DNA of 64,000 bases from Candidatus Wolfebacteria bacterium GW2011_GWB1_47_1 (GCA_001029635.1 CP011209.1:811969-875968), one strand, 5' to 3'; shown: positions 39,464 to 48,323, numbered from the stretch's first letter. Notes: generated by a model from the letters alone, not told the origin. Numbers and translations are program-made.

Positions 39464-39718
39464 TTACTTTATATCAAATCCTAGCTTAGTTAGCAATTCT
39501 TTTCTCGTTTGATAGCTTCTTTTTAATTGCAATTCCCGTTTTCTTGCCTCTGATTTTATGACGTAGTTTTCTGTATACTTCAAAATAAACAGGATTCTAT
39601 GTTTTATTGACTTAGTCTTTCCCGAATTATGCTCCTTTAACCTTTTATCAACATTATCGGTTATGCCAATATAATACCCAAAATCAATCGTGCTTTGCAA
39701 AATGTATAGAAAATACAT
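39464..39718 (-). CDS. GIY-YIG nuclease-domain protein (YhbQ/UPF0213-like)
   Basis: 84 aa: MYFLYILQS...GYYIGITDNVDKRLKEHNSG, which is the GIY...YIG...R...E...N catalytic motif series. No strong SD. Confidence 0.7.
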   Translation of the reverse strand: MYFLYILQSTIDFGYYIGITDNVDKRLKEHNSGKTKSIKHRILFILKYTENYVIKSEARKRELQLKRSYQTRKELLTKLGFDIK

Positions 39719-39766
39719 AAATGATTTTAAAGGATGCCCGCCGAAGGCGGGTCCGCTCTCTGGCGG

Positions 39767-39803
39767 AAAAACCTGTTGTCCTAACCATTAGACGATGGGA
39801 GCT
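39767..39803 (-). pseudogene. 5' half-copy of tRNA-Glu, ending in the anticodon loop
   Basis: GCTCCCATCGTCTAATGGTTAGGACAACAGGTTTT matches positions 1-35 of the adjacent tRNA-Glu, with 3 mismatches in the first 35 nt. It then diverges into the hairpin ccgccagagagcggacccgccttcggcgggc. Confidence 0.6.
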
Positions 39804-40114
39804 TACGTATTTATAAGCGTTTTAAATCATACACGACCCACCCAAAAAAATCAACCAAAAATAAGGGGTATTTGCGCACCCCTTATTAATTGCCACACCG
39901 ACAACCCAACTTATTTTCAACACAAGTCAGGACATTTGCCTATCGACTCAGATTCCGCAAGTATTCTTTCTGCAATAGCCCCGAAATAGATTCTTTGCTT
40001 CTTAGGATGGTGCCCTTAGCTTATCCGATTCGGCCCTTCCGAAACCATTCCTAATATCTTTTCCAGCCTCCCTACCTTTCTTTTTTCTTTCCTTTCCCCC
40101 TATAATTACCCTAT

Positions 40115-41617
40115 ATGAGCCAACAGAGATTTTTTGAGATCCTTCCGGGAGTTCTTTCCTGGTCTACATTACTTGCCATCGTTATATTGTCTTGGATCTA
40201 TCCGGTCTTTATGGCGGTATTCATCATTTTCTTCGATATTTATTGGTTCCTTAAAACCCTCTACCTATCCATCCACCTCCGCATTAGTTACCACCGAATG
40301 AATACCAATATGAAGGTTGATTGGCTCGCAAAACTGAAGGCAGACCCGACAACCAATACCTGGGACCAATTCTATCATGTTCTGATCTTTCCCTTCTATA
40401 AAGAGCCGTACGAGGTCATCAGGGAAACCTTTGATGCCCTTATTAAGGGTAACTACCCGATGGATAAATTTATCGTCGTTCTTGCTGCCGAAGGACGCGC
40501 CGGTGACCAGGCACAGACCGTAGCAAAACAACTCGAACAGGAGTTTGCGAACCATTTCTTTAAATTCCTAATTACCACACACCCGCAAGACCTGCCCGGC
40601 GAAATTCCCGGGAAGGGCTCAAATGAAACGTGGTCCATCAAGCAGACTAAGGAATTAATCATTGATCCGCTCGCCATTGATTATAACAAAATCCTGGTAT
40701 CTATTTTTGATTGCGACACGCAGATCTTCCCGAACTACTTCGGCATATTGACGCACACCTTCCTGACAACCGAGGACAATCTGCACGCCAGCTACCTACC
40801 TGTGCCGTTCTTCCTGAACAACATCTTCCAGGCTCCGGCACTGGCACGCGTCATTTCCTTCTCCGCATCGGTCTACCATATGATGCAGCAGGCGCGCCCG
40901 CATCGACTCACCACCTTCTCCTCGCACACCATCCCCTTCAAGGTACTTGTCGACGTTGGTTATTATAAAACGAATATCGTGAACGAGGATTCTCATATTT
41001 TTTGGCAATCCTATATTCACTACAACGGCAACTATCGCACCATCCCGCTAAACTACCCCGTCTCCATGGATGCGAACGTAGCTCCGACATTCTGGCGTAC
41101 TATGGTTAATCAGTACAAGCAACAGCAACGCTGGGCATGGGGTGGTGTCGAGAATATTCCGTTCTTTATGCGGGGGTTTATTAAGAACAAAAAGATCCCC
41201 TTCAAGCGTCGCTTCTCCTGGGCGTTCTTCTACATTGAAGGTTTTCACTCCTGGGCGACTAATGCCCTAATTATCTTCACTCTTTCTTGGCTCCCTATCG
41301 CTATTGGCGGGCCGGAATTCCGATTCTCGCTTCTTTCCTACTCCCTGCCAAAGGTGACTAATATGATTATGAACTTTGCGGCCATTGGTATCCTTACCTC
41401 TGCATTCCTTGGTATCGTATTACTCCCGCCAAAGCCGATCTGGTTCAAAAAGTACCACTACATCTGGTATGTTCTCCAATGGATGTTCCTTCCTATCACC
41501 ATGATTATATTCGGATCCATTCCCGCATTGGATTCGCAGACTCGTGGAATCTTGGGTGGCAAATATCGTCTTGGGTTTTGGGTCACACCAAAGCATCGAG
41601 AATCAAAAAATCCCTAA
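40115..41617 (+). CDS. Family 2 glycosyltransferase, membrane-embedded processive type (cellulose-synthase-like)
   Basis: 500 aa. DCD motif (SIFDCDTQ) and QxxRW motif (QQQRWAWG). TM helices flank the catalytic domain. Confidence 0.7.
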   Translation: MSQQRFFEILPGVLSWSTLLAIVILSWIYPVFMAVFIIFFDIYWFLKTLYLSIHLRISYHRMNTNMKVDWLAKLKADPTTNTWDQFYHVLIFPFYKEPYEVIRETFDALIKGNYPMDKFIVVLAAEGRAGDQAQTVAKQLEQEFANHFFKFLITTHPQDLPGEIPGKGSNETWSIKQTKELIIDPLAIDYNKILVSIFDCDTQIFPNYFGILTHTFLTTEDNLHASYLPVPFFLNNIFQAPALARVISFSASVYHMMQQARPHRLTTFSSHTIPFKVLVDVGYYKTNIVNEDSHIFWQSYIHYNGNYRTIPLNYPVSMDANVAPTFWRTMVNQYKQQQRWAWGGVENIPFFMRGFIKNKKIPFKRRFSWAFFYIEGFHSWATNALIIFTLSWLPIAIGGPEFRFSLLSYSLPKVTNMIMNFAAIGILTSAFLGIVLLPPKPIWFKKYHYIWYVLQWMFLPITMIIFGSIPALDSQTRGILGGKYRLGFWVTPKHRESKNP

Positions 41618-41632
41618 CGGGATTTTTTGATT
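41603..41632. terminator. Bidirectional terminator between convergent genes
   Basis: aaaaatccctaacgggattttttg. Confidence 0.6.
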
Positions 41633-41656
41633 CTCGATGCAATTTCAAATTTTAAA

Positions 41657-43834
41657 TTACTCAAGATGCACCTTGTCGTGAAATTTTCTCACGATGTCTT
41701 TTAGCTGAGGATGACTTGTTAGATCAGGATCCATCCCCAGAATACCCTCAGCAGCCTCACGGGCGCTCTTGACGAGCTTCAGATCGTGCAGAGAGCGCAT
41801 CGCCAAATCAGGCAACCCCGTCTGCGATTGCCCCATGAATTCGCCGGGGCCACGCAGCTGCAAGTCTTTCTCCGCAAGCTCGAATCCATTCTTCGCACCT
41901 ACCAATGCTTCAAGCCTATCCTTGGTTGTTTGCGCCGATGAATCAGTGAACAGCAGACAAAATGACTGATGCTCCCCGCGCCCAACGCGCCCTTTAAATT
42001 GATATAATTGCGACAATCCAAATCGATCCGACCCTTCGATCATCATGATGCTTGCATTAGGAATATCAACACCGACCTCTATCACCGAAGTTGCCACAAG
42101 CACATCAATATCGCCCTTCTTCATCGATTGCATGATCGCATCTTTTTCTGCCGGCTTTAGCTTGCCGTGCAACATCGCAACCCGCATATCGGGAAAGATC
42201 TTCTTGGAGAGCTTCTCGTATTCCTCCTTAACCGTCTTCGTATCGACCGCGAACCAATTCTTTTTATCTTCATCCTCTTCAGCCTTTTCAATGCGTGGAC
42301 AAATAACGAAGACCTGCCTCCCTTTTTTCACCTGACCCCGAATGAATGCGTATGCGTCCGTCCTACTCGCCGGAGGGACGATCTTTGTAATGATTTCCTT
42401 TCGCCCCTTTGGCAGCTCTCCTATGACCGAAATATCAAGATCACCGAACAAGGTCAGCGACAGCGTACGCGGTATCGGCGTCGCCGACATTGACAAAAAA
42501 TGCGGCAAATACTCCCCGTCGCCTTTCTTGTGCCCCGCAAGCGCCTGACGTTGACGCACACCGAAACGATGCTGTTCATCGATGACCACCAATGCTAGAT
42601 TCGCAAACTCCACTCCTTTCTGTATCAGCGCATGCGTTCCGATCGCTATCTTTATTTCCCCCTTCGCCAATTTTTTTATGACCTCGGGCTTCTTCGCCTC
42701 ACTTTCCAATCCTTCTCCATAGAATACCTTTGCGCCCGAAGCCGTCAGTAACGCCACTCCTTTTTCATAATTGCCGAATATCTTCTTAAACGTTTGATAA
42801 TGCTGATTCGCAAGAATCTCCGTTGGCGCCATAAACGAGGCTTGTAGGCCATTTTCTGCAGCAATAATTGCCGCCATGATCGCCACGATCGTCTTTCCTG
42901 AGCCGACATCCCCTTGAAGTAACCGGTTCATCGGATGCGGTTTTGCCAGGTCAAGCACAATCTCATCTACCGTTTTTCTTTGTCCATCCGTCAGTTCGAA
43001 TGGCAGGCGTTCCAATAATTCCTTGAACCATTTCTGATCGATCCCGCACGCATGTGCGTTTTCTTTTGCCAAGCGGGAGCGCTCGAGTATGTTTACTAAC
43101 TGCAAATAAAAAATATCCTCAAATGCGAACCGGCGGCGTGCATACAACACATCATCCATTGTGTCCGGGAAGTGTATCTTGCGGAGCGCATCGTTTATCT
43201 CCGCGACGCCTGCGCGCACAAGCATGCCTTCCGGGAGTGTCTCCGGCAATCGCTCCATCTCATCCAGTAACGGCTTTATTAGAAAGCGCAATCCCTTCGA
43301 TGTTACGCCACGTGTTTCCGGATATACTGGCACCAGGCGCCCCGTATGCTTAAATGATTCAATCTCCTCGCGATATTCAGCCGCATCCTCCATGAACTGT
43401 TCCTCGTCTTCTGAAAATCCCACAATCTCGTAGGACGGATGCGAAAAACTCAACCCATTCTTCCCGTCGCTTATTTTCCCCGCAAGATTAATCACCATAC
43501 CTTTTTTCAGCATCGCGACTAGAAACTTTTGGTTAAACCAAGTCGCCCGGATACTTCCCGTATTATCCACCACGGTCGCCTGTATAATAAACATCTTTTT
43601 CCTAAACGACCTCAGTATTTTAATATCATGAATTACCCCCTGAATAGTCGCCGGCTCCCCCGGGATCAGATCAGCAATATTAGTAATCTTCGAAAAATCC
43701 TCGTATCGGGACGGGAAGTGCCATAATAGATCCTTGACCGTCTTAAGACCAAGTTTCTCGAGGCGAGTCGCAAAAGCCAGGCCGATGCCTTTCACGTACC
43801 GCAATTCCGTTTCGAGTCGTACTCCTTGGGACAT
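41657..43834 (-). CDS. recG: ATP-dependent DNA helicase RecG
   Basis: 725 aa with a wedge-domain N-terminus, Walker A GDVGSGKTIVA, DEQHRFGV and helicase C motifs. Confidence 0.9.
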   Translation of the reverse strand: MSQGVRLETELRYVKGIGLAFATRLEKLGLKTVKDLLWHFPSRYEDFSKITNIADLIPGEPATIQGVIHDIKILRSFRKKMFIIQATVVDNTGSIRATWFNQKFLVAMLKKGMVINLAGKISDGKNGLSFSHPSYEIVGFSEDEEQFMEDAAEYREEIESFKHTGRLVPVYPETRGVTSKGLRFLIKPLLDEMERLPETLPEGMLVRAGVAEINDALRKIHFPDTMDDVLYARRRFAFEDIFYLQLVNILERSRLAKENAHACGIDQKWFKELLERLPFELTDGQRKTVDEIVLDLAKPHPMNRLLQGDVGSGKTIVAIMAAIIAAENGLQASFMAPTEILANQHYQTFKKIFGNYEKGVALLTASGAKVFYGEGLESEAKKPEVIKKLAKGEIKIAIGTHALIQKGVEFANLALVVIDEQHRFGVRQRQALAGHKKGDGEYLPHFLSMSATPIPRTLSLTLFGDLDISVIGELPKGRKEIITKIVPPASRTDAYAFIRGQVKKGRQVFVICPRIEKAEEDEDKKNWFAVDTKTVKEEYEKLSKKIFPDMRVAMLHGKLKPAEKDAIMQSMKKGDIDVLVATSVIEVGVDIPNASIMMIEGSDRFGLSQLYQFKGRVGRGEHQSFCLLFTDSSAQTTKDRLEALVGAKNGFELAEKDLQLRGPGEFMGQSQTGLPDLAMRSLHDLKLVKSAREAAEGILGMDPDLTSHPQLKDIVRKFHDKVHLE

Positions 43835-43914
43835 ATCTGTTTATTGTACGCAAAAATAATCCCCTTCGCCACCGCAAATAGAAATGCCACGCATAATGCA
43901 TGGCATTTCTATTG

Positions 43915-43930
43915 TATGTGCCCCTGTGTG
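43915..43930. repeat. Direct repeat of the 3' terminal 16 nt of tRNA-Arg(GCG), possibly an att-like scar
   Basis: atgtgcccctgtgtgg recurs at 44060-44075, which is the tRNA 3' end. Both copies are preceded by long perfect hairpins. Confidence 0.5.
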
Positions 43931-44063
43931 GCACCCGCTTCGCACTTCTCCACTTCGTTCCGCAGTGCTCGGGGGTGGGCTCAATTGAACCATAGCTCCG
44001 CTGGTTCGATCCCACGATACATAAAAGAATACCCAGGCCGATTGGCCTGGGTATTCTTTTATG

Positions 44064-44135
44064 TGCCCCTGTGTGGAATCGAACCACAATTTTAACTTCC
44101 GCAAAGTCATGTCCTATCCATTGAACGACAAGGGC
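44064..44135 (-). tRNA. tRNA-Arg (anticodon GCG as read; the D-arm is identical to the other Arg tRNAs)
   Basis: GCCCTTGTCGTTCAATGGATAGGACATGACTTTGCGGAAGTTAAAATTGTGGTTCGATTCCACACAGGGGCA, with anticodon loop TTGCGGA. Confidence 0.65.
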
Positions 44136-44232
44136 AAAATGACAAATAACAGGTAACCAATAACTTATAACGGGATACCCATTAGCGTCATTCAGTTATA
44201 GCAAATCCTATTTCATTTTACAATAATCCCCC

Positions 44233-44824
44233 CTAGAATCCGACCCAGCGCTCCAGTAGCTCCATAAATGTCACTTCAATCTCGCCTCGCTCTACCCGCC
44301 CTTCCAAGAGATCCTCGATAGCATCCACGTCTTCGGCGGGTACGAATATCTTTATGTAGTGAGTCATCTTTGACCTTGTCTTTAATAGCAACTCGTAATA
44401 TTCATCTGAGAATTCATGGATGTCATACAATACGACATCCTTATATCGGTAGGTTTTATGCTTTTCGATCGTAATACCCTTATCGTCAATGGCAAACCTC
44501 CACATCTTTGGCTTTTCTCCCGCAAACATAAATATGGCAAGCTCCGCCACCACTATAAACACAGCGAATAGAAAGTTCTTTTGCCACAGCGCTATCGCGA
44601 TAAGAACAATGGCGATCGCCATACTGCTCCAATACCATGTAGTGCTTTTTTCGATATGCTCAAACTCCGGAGCTTCCCAGGTAATCCCGTTCTGTATCGG
44701 CATTTCAAGTTCCTCCTCTTCATCGGTCACCTCATCCGAAACTTCCTGATCTTCGTCTCCATATTCTTCCCGATTCATATCTTCGTCGGTTTTTGTAAGA
44801 AAAACATCGTTTTCTTGTTCCATG
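44233..44824 (-). CDS. Hypothetical membrane protein with an acidic N-terminus
   Basis: Start taken as MEQENDVF. Two TM helices in the middle. Confidence 0.45.
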
Positions 44825-44901
44825 GTTTTATTATACCTTAAAAATCTAAGAAACGGTATATTACTTTTATTAACACACCAACAGAAGCATATCACTCCTT
44901 C

Positions 44902-45111
44902 TTAGGGATGCTTTGTCTGTGTTGCAACAATGCGCCACGCTGTAATTATCAAGAATACAACAATAAGATATATGGTGAAATTTTCGACTATGCCCACCCC
45001 ATTTGCATACGTCCCCTGCTGAATATCTGGGTAGTAGATTCCATCATTCACTTGGATTGCATGCATTGAAAATCCGTAATCAATAGATAGAATGTACCGG
45101 AGCGCAATCAC
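44902..45111 (-). CDS. Small hypothetical membrane protein
   Basis: 69 aa ORF. Confidence 0.25.
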   Translation of the reverse strand: MIALRYILSIDYGFSMHAIQVNDGIYYPDIQQGTYANGVGIVENFTIYLIVVFLIITAWRIVATQTKHP

Positions 45112-45362
45112 TACCTGGGACTATATTATTTGCGAGGCATTCGGTGGCATCTGTTTTTCCTGGAAACACAACACTATTAGGATACGTTTGCGCCGGGCTT
45201 TTAATATACGTCTATACAATTGTAAGTAATCCACTAGCTACTACAATGATGCCAATCTTATAGTATTTCATTTATTTTAATAATAGCACATCACTATACA
45301 GCCCTTTGTAATCCGCCAGCCGACTGTTATACGAGCTTAAGATGCTCTTTTGTTATTTTAAA

Positions 45363-45396
45363 AAAATGACATCGGCTTTGATGTCATTTTTTCGGC
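45363..45396. terminator. Bidirectional terminator downstream of the minus-strand tRNA cluster
   Basis: aaaaaaatgacatcggctttgatgtcattttttcgg. Confidence 0.55.
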
Positions 45397-45431
45397 TATA
45401 AACTCTCTACTTATCATTATTCCATCCACTG

Positions 45432-45516
45432 AGGAGGCGAGAGGATTCGAACCTCCGATGCCTTGCGGCATACTTGTTTTCAAGACAAGCCGTTTCAACC
45501 GCTCACGCACGCCTCC
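45432..45516 (-). tRNA. tRNA-Ser (UGA), type II with a long variable arm
   Basis: GGAGGCGTGCGTGAGCGGTTGAAACGGCTTGTCTTGAAAACAAGTATGCCGCAAGGCATCGGAGGTTCGAATCCTCTCGCCTCCT. Confidence 0.8.
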
Positions 45517-45566
45517 CTCCTATTTCTTACCGTAAACTACCCAGCTACAGGTTGTATTCAATAAGG

Positions 45567-45639
45567 TGGACCTTACCGGGATCGAACCGGTCACCTCTTC
45601 CATGCCATGGAAGCGCTCTACCAAATGAGCTAAAGGCCC
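45567..45639 (-). tRNA. tRNA-Ala (GGC)
   Basis: GGGCCTTTAGCTCATTTGGTAGAGCGCTTCCATGGCATGGAAGAGGTGACCGGTTCGATCCCGGTAAGGTCCA, with G3:U70 present. Confidence 0.8.
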
Positions 45640-45726
45640 TACAGATGACACTTATCTTATCTAAAAAATGTCTCCTTGGCAAGAATCCCGGTACAAAAAC
45701 CACCCCTTGCGGGGCGGTTTTTATTT

Positions 45727-45800
45727 GTGGACCTTACCGGGCTCGAACCGGTCACCTCTACATTGCAAATGTAGCGCTCTACCAGATGAGCTAAAGGCCC
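45727..45800 (-). tRNA. tRNA-Ala (UGC)
   Basis: GGGCCTTTAGCTCATCTGGTAGAGCGCTACATTTGCAATGTAGAGGTGACCGGTTCGAGCCCGGTAAGGTCCA, with G3:U70 present. Confidence 0.8.
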
Positions 45801-45813
45801 TGGTAGTTTTTTT

Positions 45814-45865
45814 ATTCTATAGAACTTTTTAAAAACTTGCAACCCACCTTTCCCTACTTTATCAT
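45814..45865. promoter_or_regulatory. Putative divergent promoters sharing a palindromic -35 TTGCAA
   Basis: Minus strand: TTGCAA, 17 nt, TAGAAT, pointing at the tRNA-Ala/Ser cluster. Plus strand: TTGCAA, 17 nt, TATCAT, pointing at the LAGLIDADG-like ORF. Confidence 0.35.
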
Positions 45866-45940
45866 ATTTTTATATATTAGTACTTATAATTATATATTTG
45901 GGACTTATTTATTCGATCCATAGAATGTATTTCATTATAT

Positions 45941-46573
45941 ATGCGTATTTATTCCGACGAAACAATTGCCAATCTTAAGAAACGTCGCAAGGCTGGGCGG
46001 AGTATACAAGAGCTGATGCAAGAATTTTCAATGCCAAAAACAACCATCTGGCATCATATTCAAGACATAACATTATCCGAAGAACAGGCCGCAACCATTA
46101 GAGCAAAACAAGGCGGGAGTAAAATAAGAAGCCAAAAAGATTGGGCTAAAGCCGAGGAGTGCGCGCGCGAGCTATTAAATGGACCAAGCAAATACCCCTG
46201 TTCTCTCGTTGCTATGCTGTATTGGGCCGAAGGAAGCCAACGACAATTTACATTCACCAACACAAACGGGCAAATGATCCACTTATTTTTGGATATCCTT
46301 AAAAATCACTTCGGCGTTGAAGAAAGTCGCATTAAAATAACAGTACGGATCTTTTCGAATCTGAATCTAACAAAAGCGGAATGTATACAATACTGGACTC
46401 ATTCTACCGGACTACCTAAAGATACTTTTAAAGTATACCTTGACGATGGCGGAACCAAAGGAAAGGCAGCGCACGGAATATGCAGAATTATTGTCCAAAA
46501 AAGCGGCTATCTTCATAAATTGATTACATCCTTGATAAAAATCATTCCTCATGAAATAATGGACGGGCAATGA
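45941..46573 (+). CDS. LAGLIDADG-family homing-endonuclease-like protein with an N-terminal HTH
   Basis: 210 aa. HTH-like AGRSIQELMQEFSMPKTTIWHHI. LAGLIDADG-like block SLVAMLYWAEGSQ. The C-terminal region is typical of single-motif LAGLIDADG enzymes. Free-standing between tRNA genes. Confidence 0.45.
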   Translation: MRIYSDETIANLKKRRKAGRSIQELMQEFSMPKTTIWHHIQDITLSEEQAATIRAKQGGSKIRSQKDWAKAEECARELLNGPSKYPCSLVAMLYWAEGSQRQFTFTNTNGQMIHLFLDILKNHFGVEESRIKITVRIFSNLNLTKAECIQYWTHSTGLPKDTFKVYLDDGGTKGKAAHGICRIIVQKSGYLHKLITSLIKIIPHEIMDGQ

Positions 46574-46580
46574 TAGTAAA

Positions 46581-46652
46581 GCTCTCGTCGTTCAACGGAT
46601 AGGACTACGCATTCCTAATGCGTCAATGGGGGTTCGATTCCCTCCGAGAGCA
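46581..46652 (+). tRNA. tRNA-Arg (CCU)
   Basis: GCTCTCGTCGTTCAACGGATAGGACTACGCATTCCTAATGCGTCAATGGGGGTTCGATTCCCTCCGAGAGCA. Confidence 0.8.
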
Positions 46653-46716
46653 CATCCGTATTTCTTGAAAAACATAGGGTTTTCTGCTACCTTCTATAGG
46701 TGTCTTTGATACGACC

Positions 46717-46788
46717 GTCCTCGTCGTTCAACGGATAGGACGCAAGGTTCCGAACTTTGTAATGGAGGTTCGATTCCTCCCGGGGGCA
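46717..46788 (+). tRNA. tRNA-Arg (CCG)
   Basis: GTCCTCGTCGTTCAACGGATAGGACGCAAGGTTCCGAACTTTGTAATGGAGGTTCGATTCCTCCCGGGGGCA. Confidence 0.8.
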
Positions 46789-46892
46789 CACGCTAGTGAG
46801 ACCGACCGAAAGGCCTGTTTCATGAATATTTTTAGAAAAGCAGTTTTAGTCTAAGACCCTCCGGGGAGACCGAAGGAGCCGTATCAAGCGAA

Positions 46893-46922
46893 ACAAAAGC
46901 CCGCTATCAAATAGCGGGCTTT
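46893..46922. terminator. Bidirectional terminator
   Basis: aaaagcccgctatcaaatagcgggcttttgttt. Confidence 0.6.
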
Positions 46923-46925
46923 TGT

Positions 46926-47918
46926 TTAAGTAATTTTATATGCGCCGACCGCTTTTTGCAGGTTATGCGTATTGCCGTGTTTCAGTAATCCTAAATATGA
47001 GCCCATTATTTCTTCGCTATTATTTTCAACTAACCGCTTCATCATACGCTGCTTTGTTGTAGTGCGTAATATCCTATGATCGATAAAATTAATCCAACCT
47101 AAAAAATCAACGCCCGTCGCAACCGTCTTTATATATAGTTTATCCGGATGCAATTCCAACCTAAGCTTTTCATATAAGAAATTTTTAACAGCAGGGATAT
47201 ATCCCTCTAATATACTTCTATCGTCAGCGAAAAACACAAAGTCATCGCTGTATCTAATATAGTATTTATTTTTTAATTCATGCTTCACATATTGATCGAA
47301 CTCATTCATATATATGTTGACCAATAATTGCGATGTAAGATTGCCCAACGGTAGCCCTACCCCACTCCGAGCGACTGAAAAACTTCCAACCACCTCGCCA
47401 AGCAGAATGAGCAATTCCCTATCGTCAATATATTCCCTTAATATCGCCAGTAAAATACTATGGTCAATATTGGCAAAGAATTTTCTGATGTCGCACTTTA
47501 ATACCCAGCAGGTCCGCGTATTGTTCTTGCTCACGCGATATGAAAAATCCCTAAATCGATCTATCACCTTATAGGTACCCTTCCCGATCCGGCACGAATA
47601 CGAATCGGCAATAAATTTTTTGTCAAAAAACGGGCACAAAACCCGATGAATCGCATGATGCAGCAGCCGATCGCGAACGCTCGCTTTGTGGATATCTCTC
47701 GGCTTCGGATCATCTACCTTAAATGCTTCATACCCGCCATGCCGATACGCATGATTGGCAAGGTCATCATGCAATGCTATGATATTATCCATCAGGCGCA
47801 ACGAAAACTCCTGCACATCCAATTTATTTCGCTTGCCCCTCACAAATTCCTCCCATGCGCACAGTAGATTCTCGACAGAAATTATTTCTTCATAACTATG
47901 GCACAATCTGATTTTCAT
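46926..47918 (-). CDS. Reverse transcriptase of a diversity-generating retroelement
   Basis: 330 aa. RT motifs GLPLGNLTSQLLVNIYMNEFD (motif 4/B') and YIRYSDDFVFF (YxDD). GAGGAA RBS. TR, Avd and VR lie adjacent. Confidence 0.85.
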   Translation of the reverse strand: MKIRLCHSYEEIISVENLLCAWEEFVRGKRNKLDVQEFSLRLMDNIIALHDDLANHAYRHGGYEAFKVDDPKPRDIHKASVRDRLLHHAIHRVLCPFFDKKFIADSYSCRIGKGTYKVIDRFRDFSYRVSKNNTRTCWVLKCDIRKFFANIDHSILLAILREYIDDRELLILLGEVVGSFSVARSGVGLPLGNLTSQLLVNIYMNEFDQYVKHELKNKYYIRYSDDFVFFADDRSILEGYIPAVKNFLYEKLRLELHPDKLYIKTVATGVDFLGWINFIDHRILRTTTKQRMMKRLVENNSEEIMGSYLGLLKHGNTHNLQKAVGAYKIT

Positions 47919-47929
47919 AATTCCTCGTA

Positions 47930-47943
47930 CCCCCCCCCCCCCC
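47930..47943. repeat. Homopolymeric C14 tract (G14 on the minus strand) in the divergent intergenic region between RT and avd
   Basis: cccccccccccccc lies immediately upstream of the RT RBS. Confidence 0.7.
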
Positions 47944-48007
47944 GATCAATAATGTAACCATTATTGATCATACGGTACGACTATACAAGCTTTGGCAAGA
48001 GTACCTG

Positions 48008-48313
48008 TTGCAATTTCCAAAGACATCGCGATATTCCCTCGGGATAAAAATCGACAATCTTCTGCTTGAAATTGCCACATTGTTTTTTACCGCAAGCTAC
48101 GCCCCCAAAGACCCGAAGTTGATCTGCCTCATCCAAGCAAGCAAAAGGCTCGACACGCTTAAATTTCTCATAAAAGTTGCATGGGAGATAAAGTCGCTTG
48201 ACAACAATCGCTACGCCGAGCTCTCAAAAAAACTGGATGCCATCGGTAAAATGCTCGGAGGATGGCAAAAACAAGTGGAAAAACAAAACCCCGCACCAAC
48301 GGCGGGGAAATGA
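48008..48313 (+). CDS. avd: Avd-like accessory variability determinant (four-helix-bundle DGR protein). TTG start as listed.
   Basis: The C-terminal LDAIGKMLGGWQKQVEKQ resembles Bordetella phage bAvd IAEVGRILGSWIARVNRK. The central region also aligns loosely. No in-frame ATG upstream. Confidence 0.55.
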   Translation: MQFPKTSRYSLGIKIDNLLLEIATLFFTASYAPKDPKLICLIQASKRLDTLKFLIKVAWEIKSLDNNRYAELSKKLDAIGKMLGGWQKQVEKQNPAPTAGK

Positions 48314-48323
48314 AGAGATTTTC

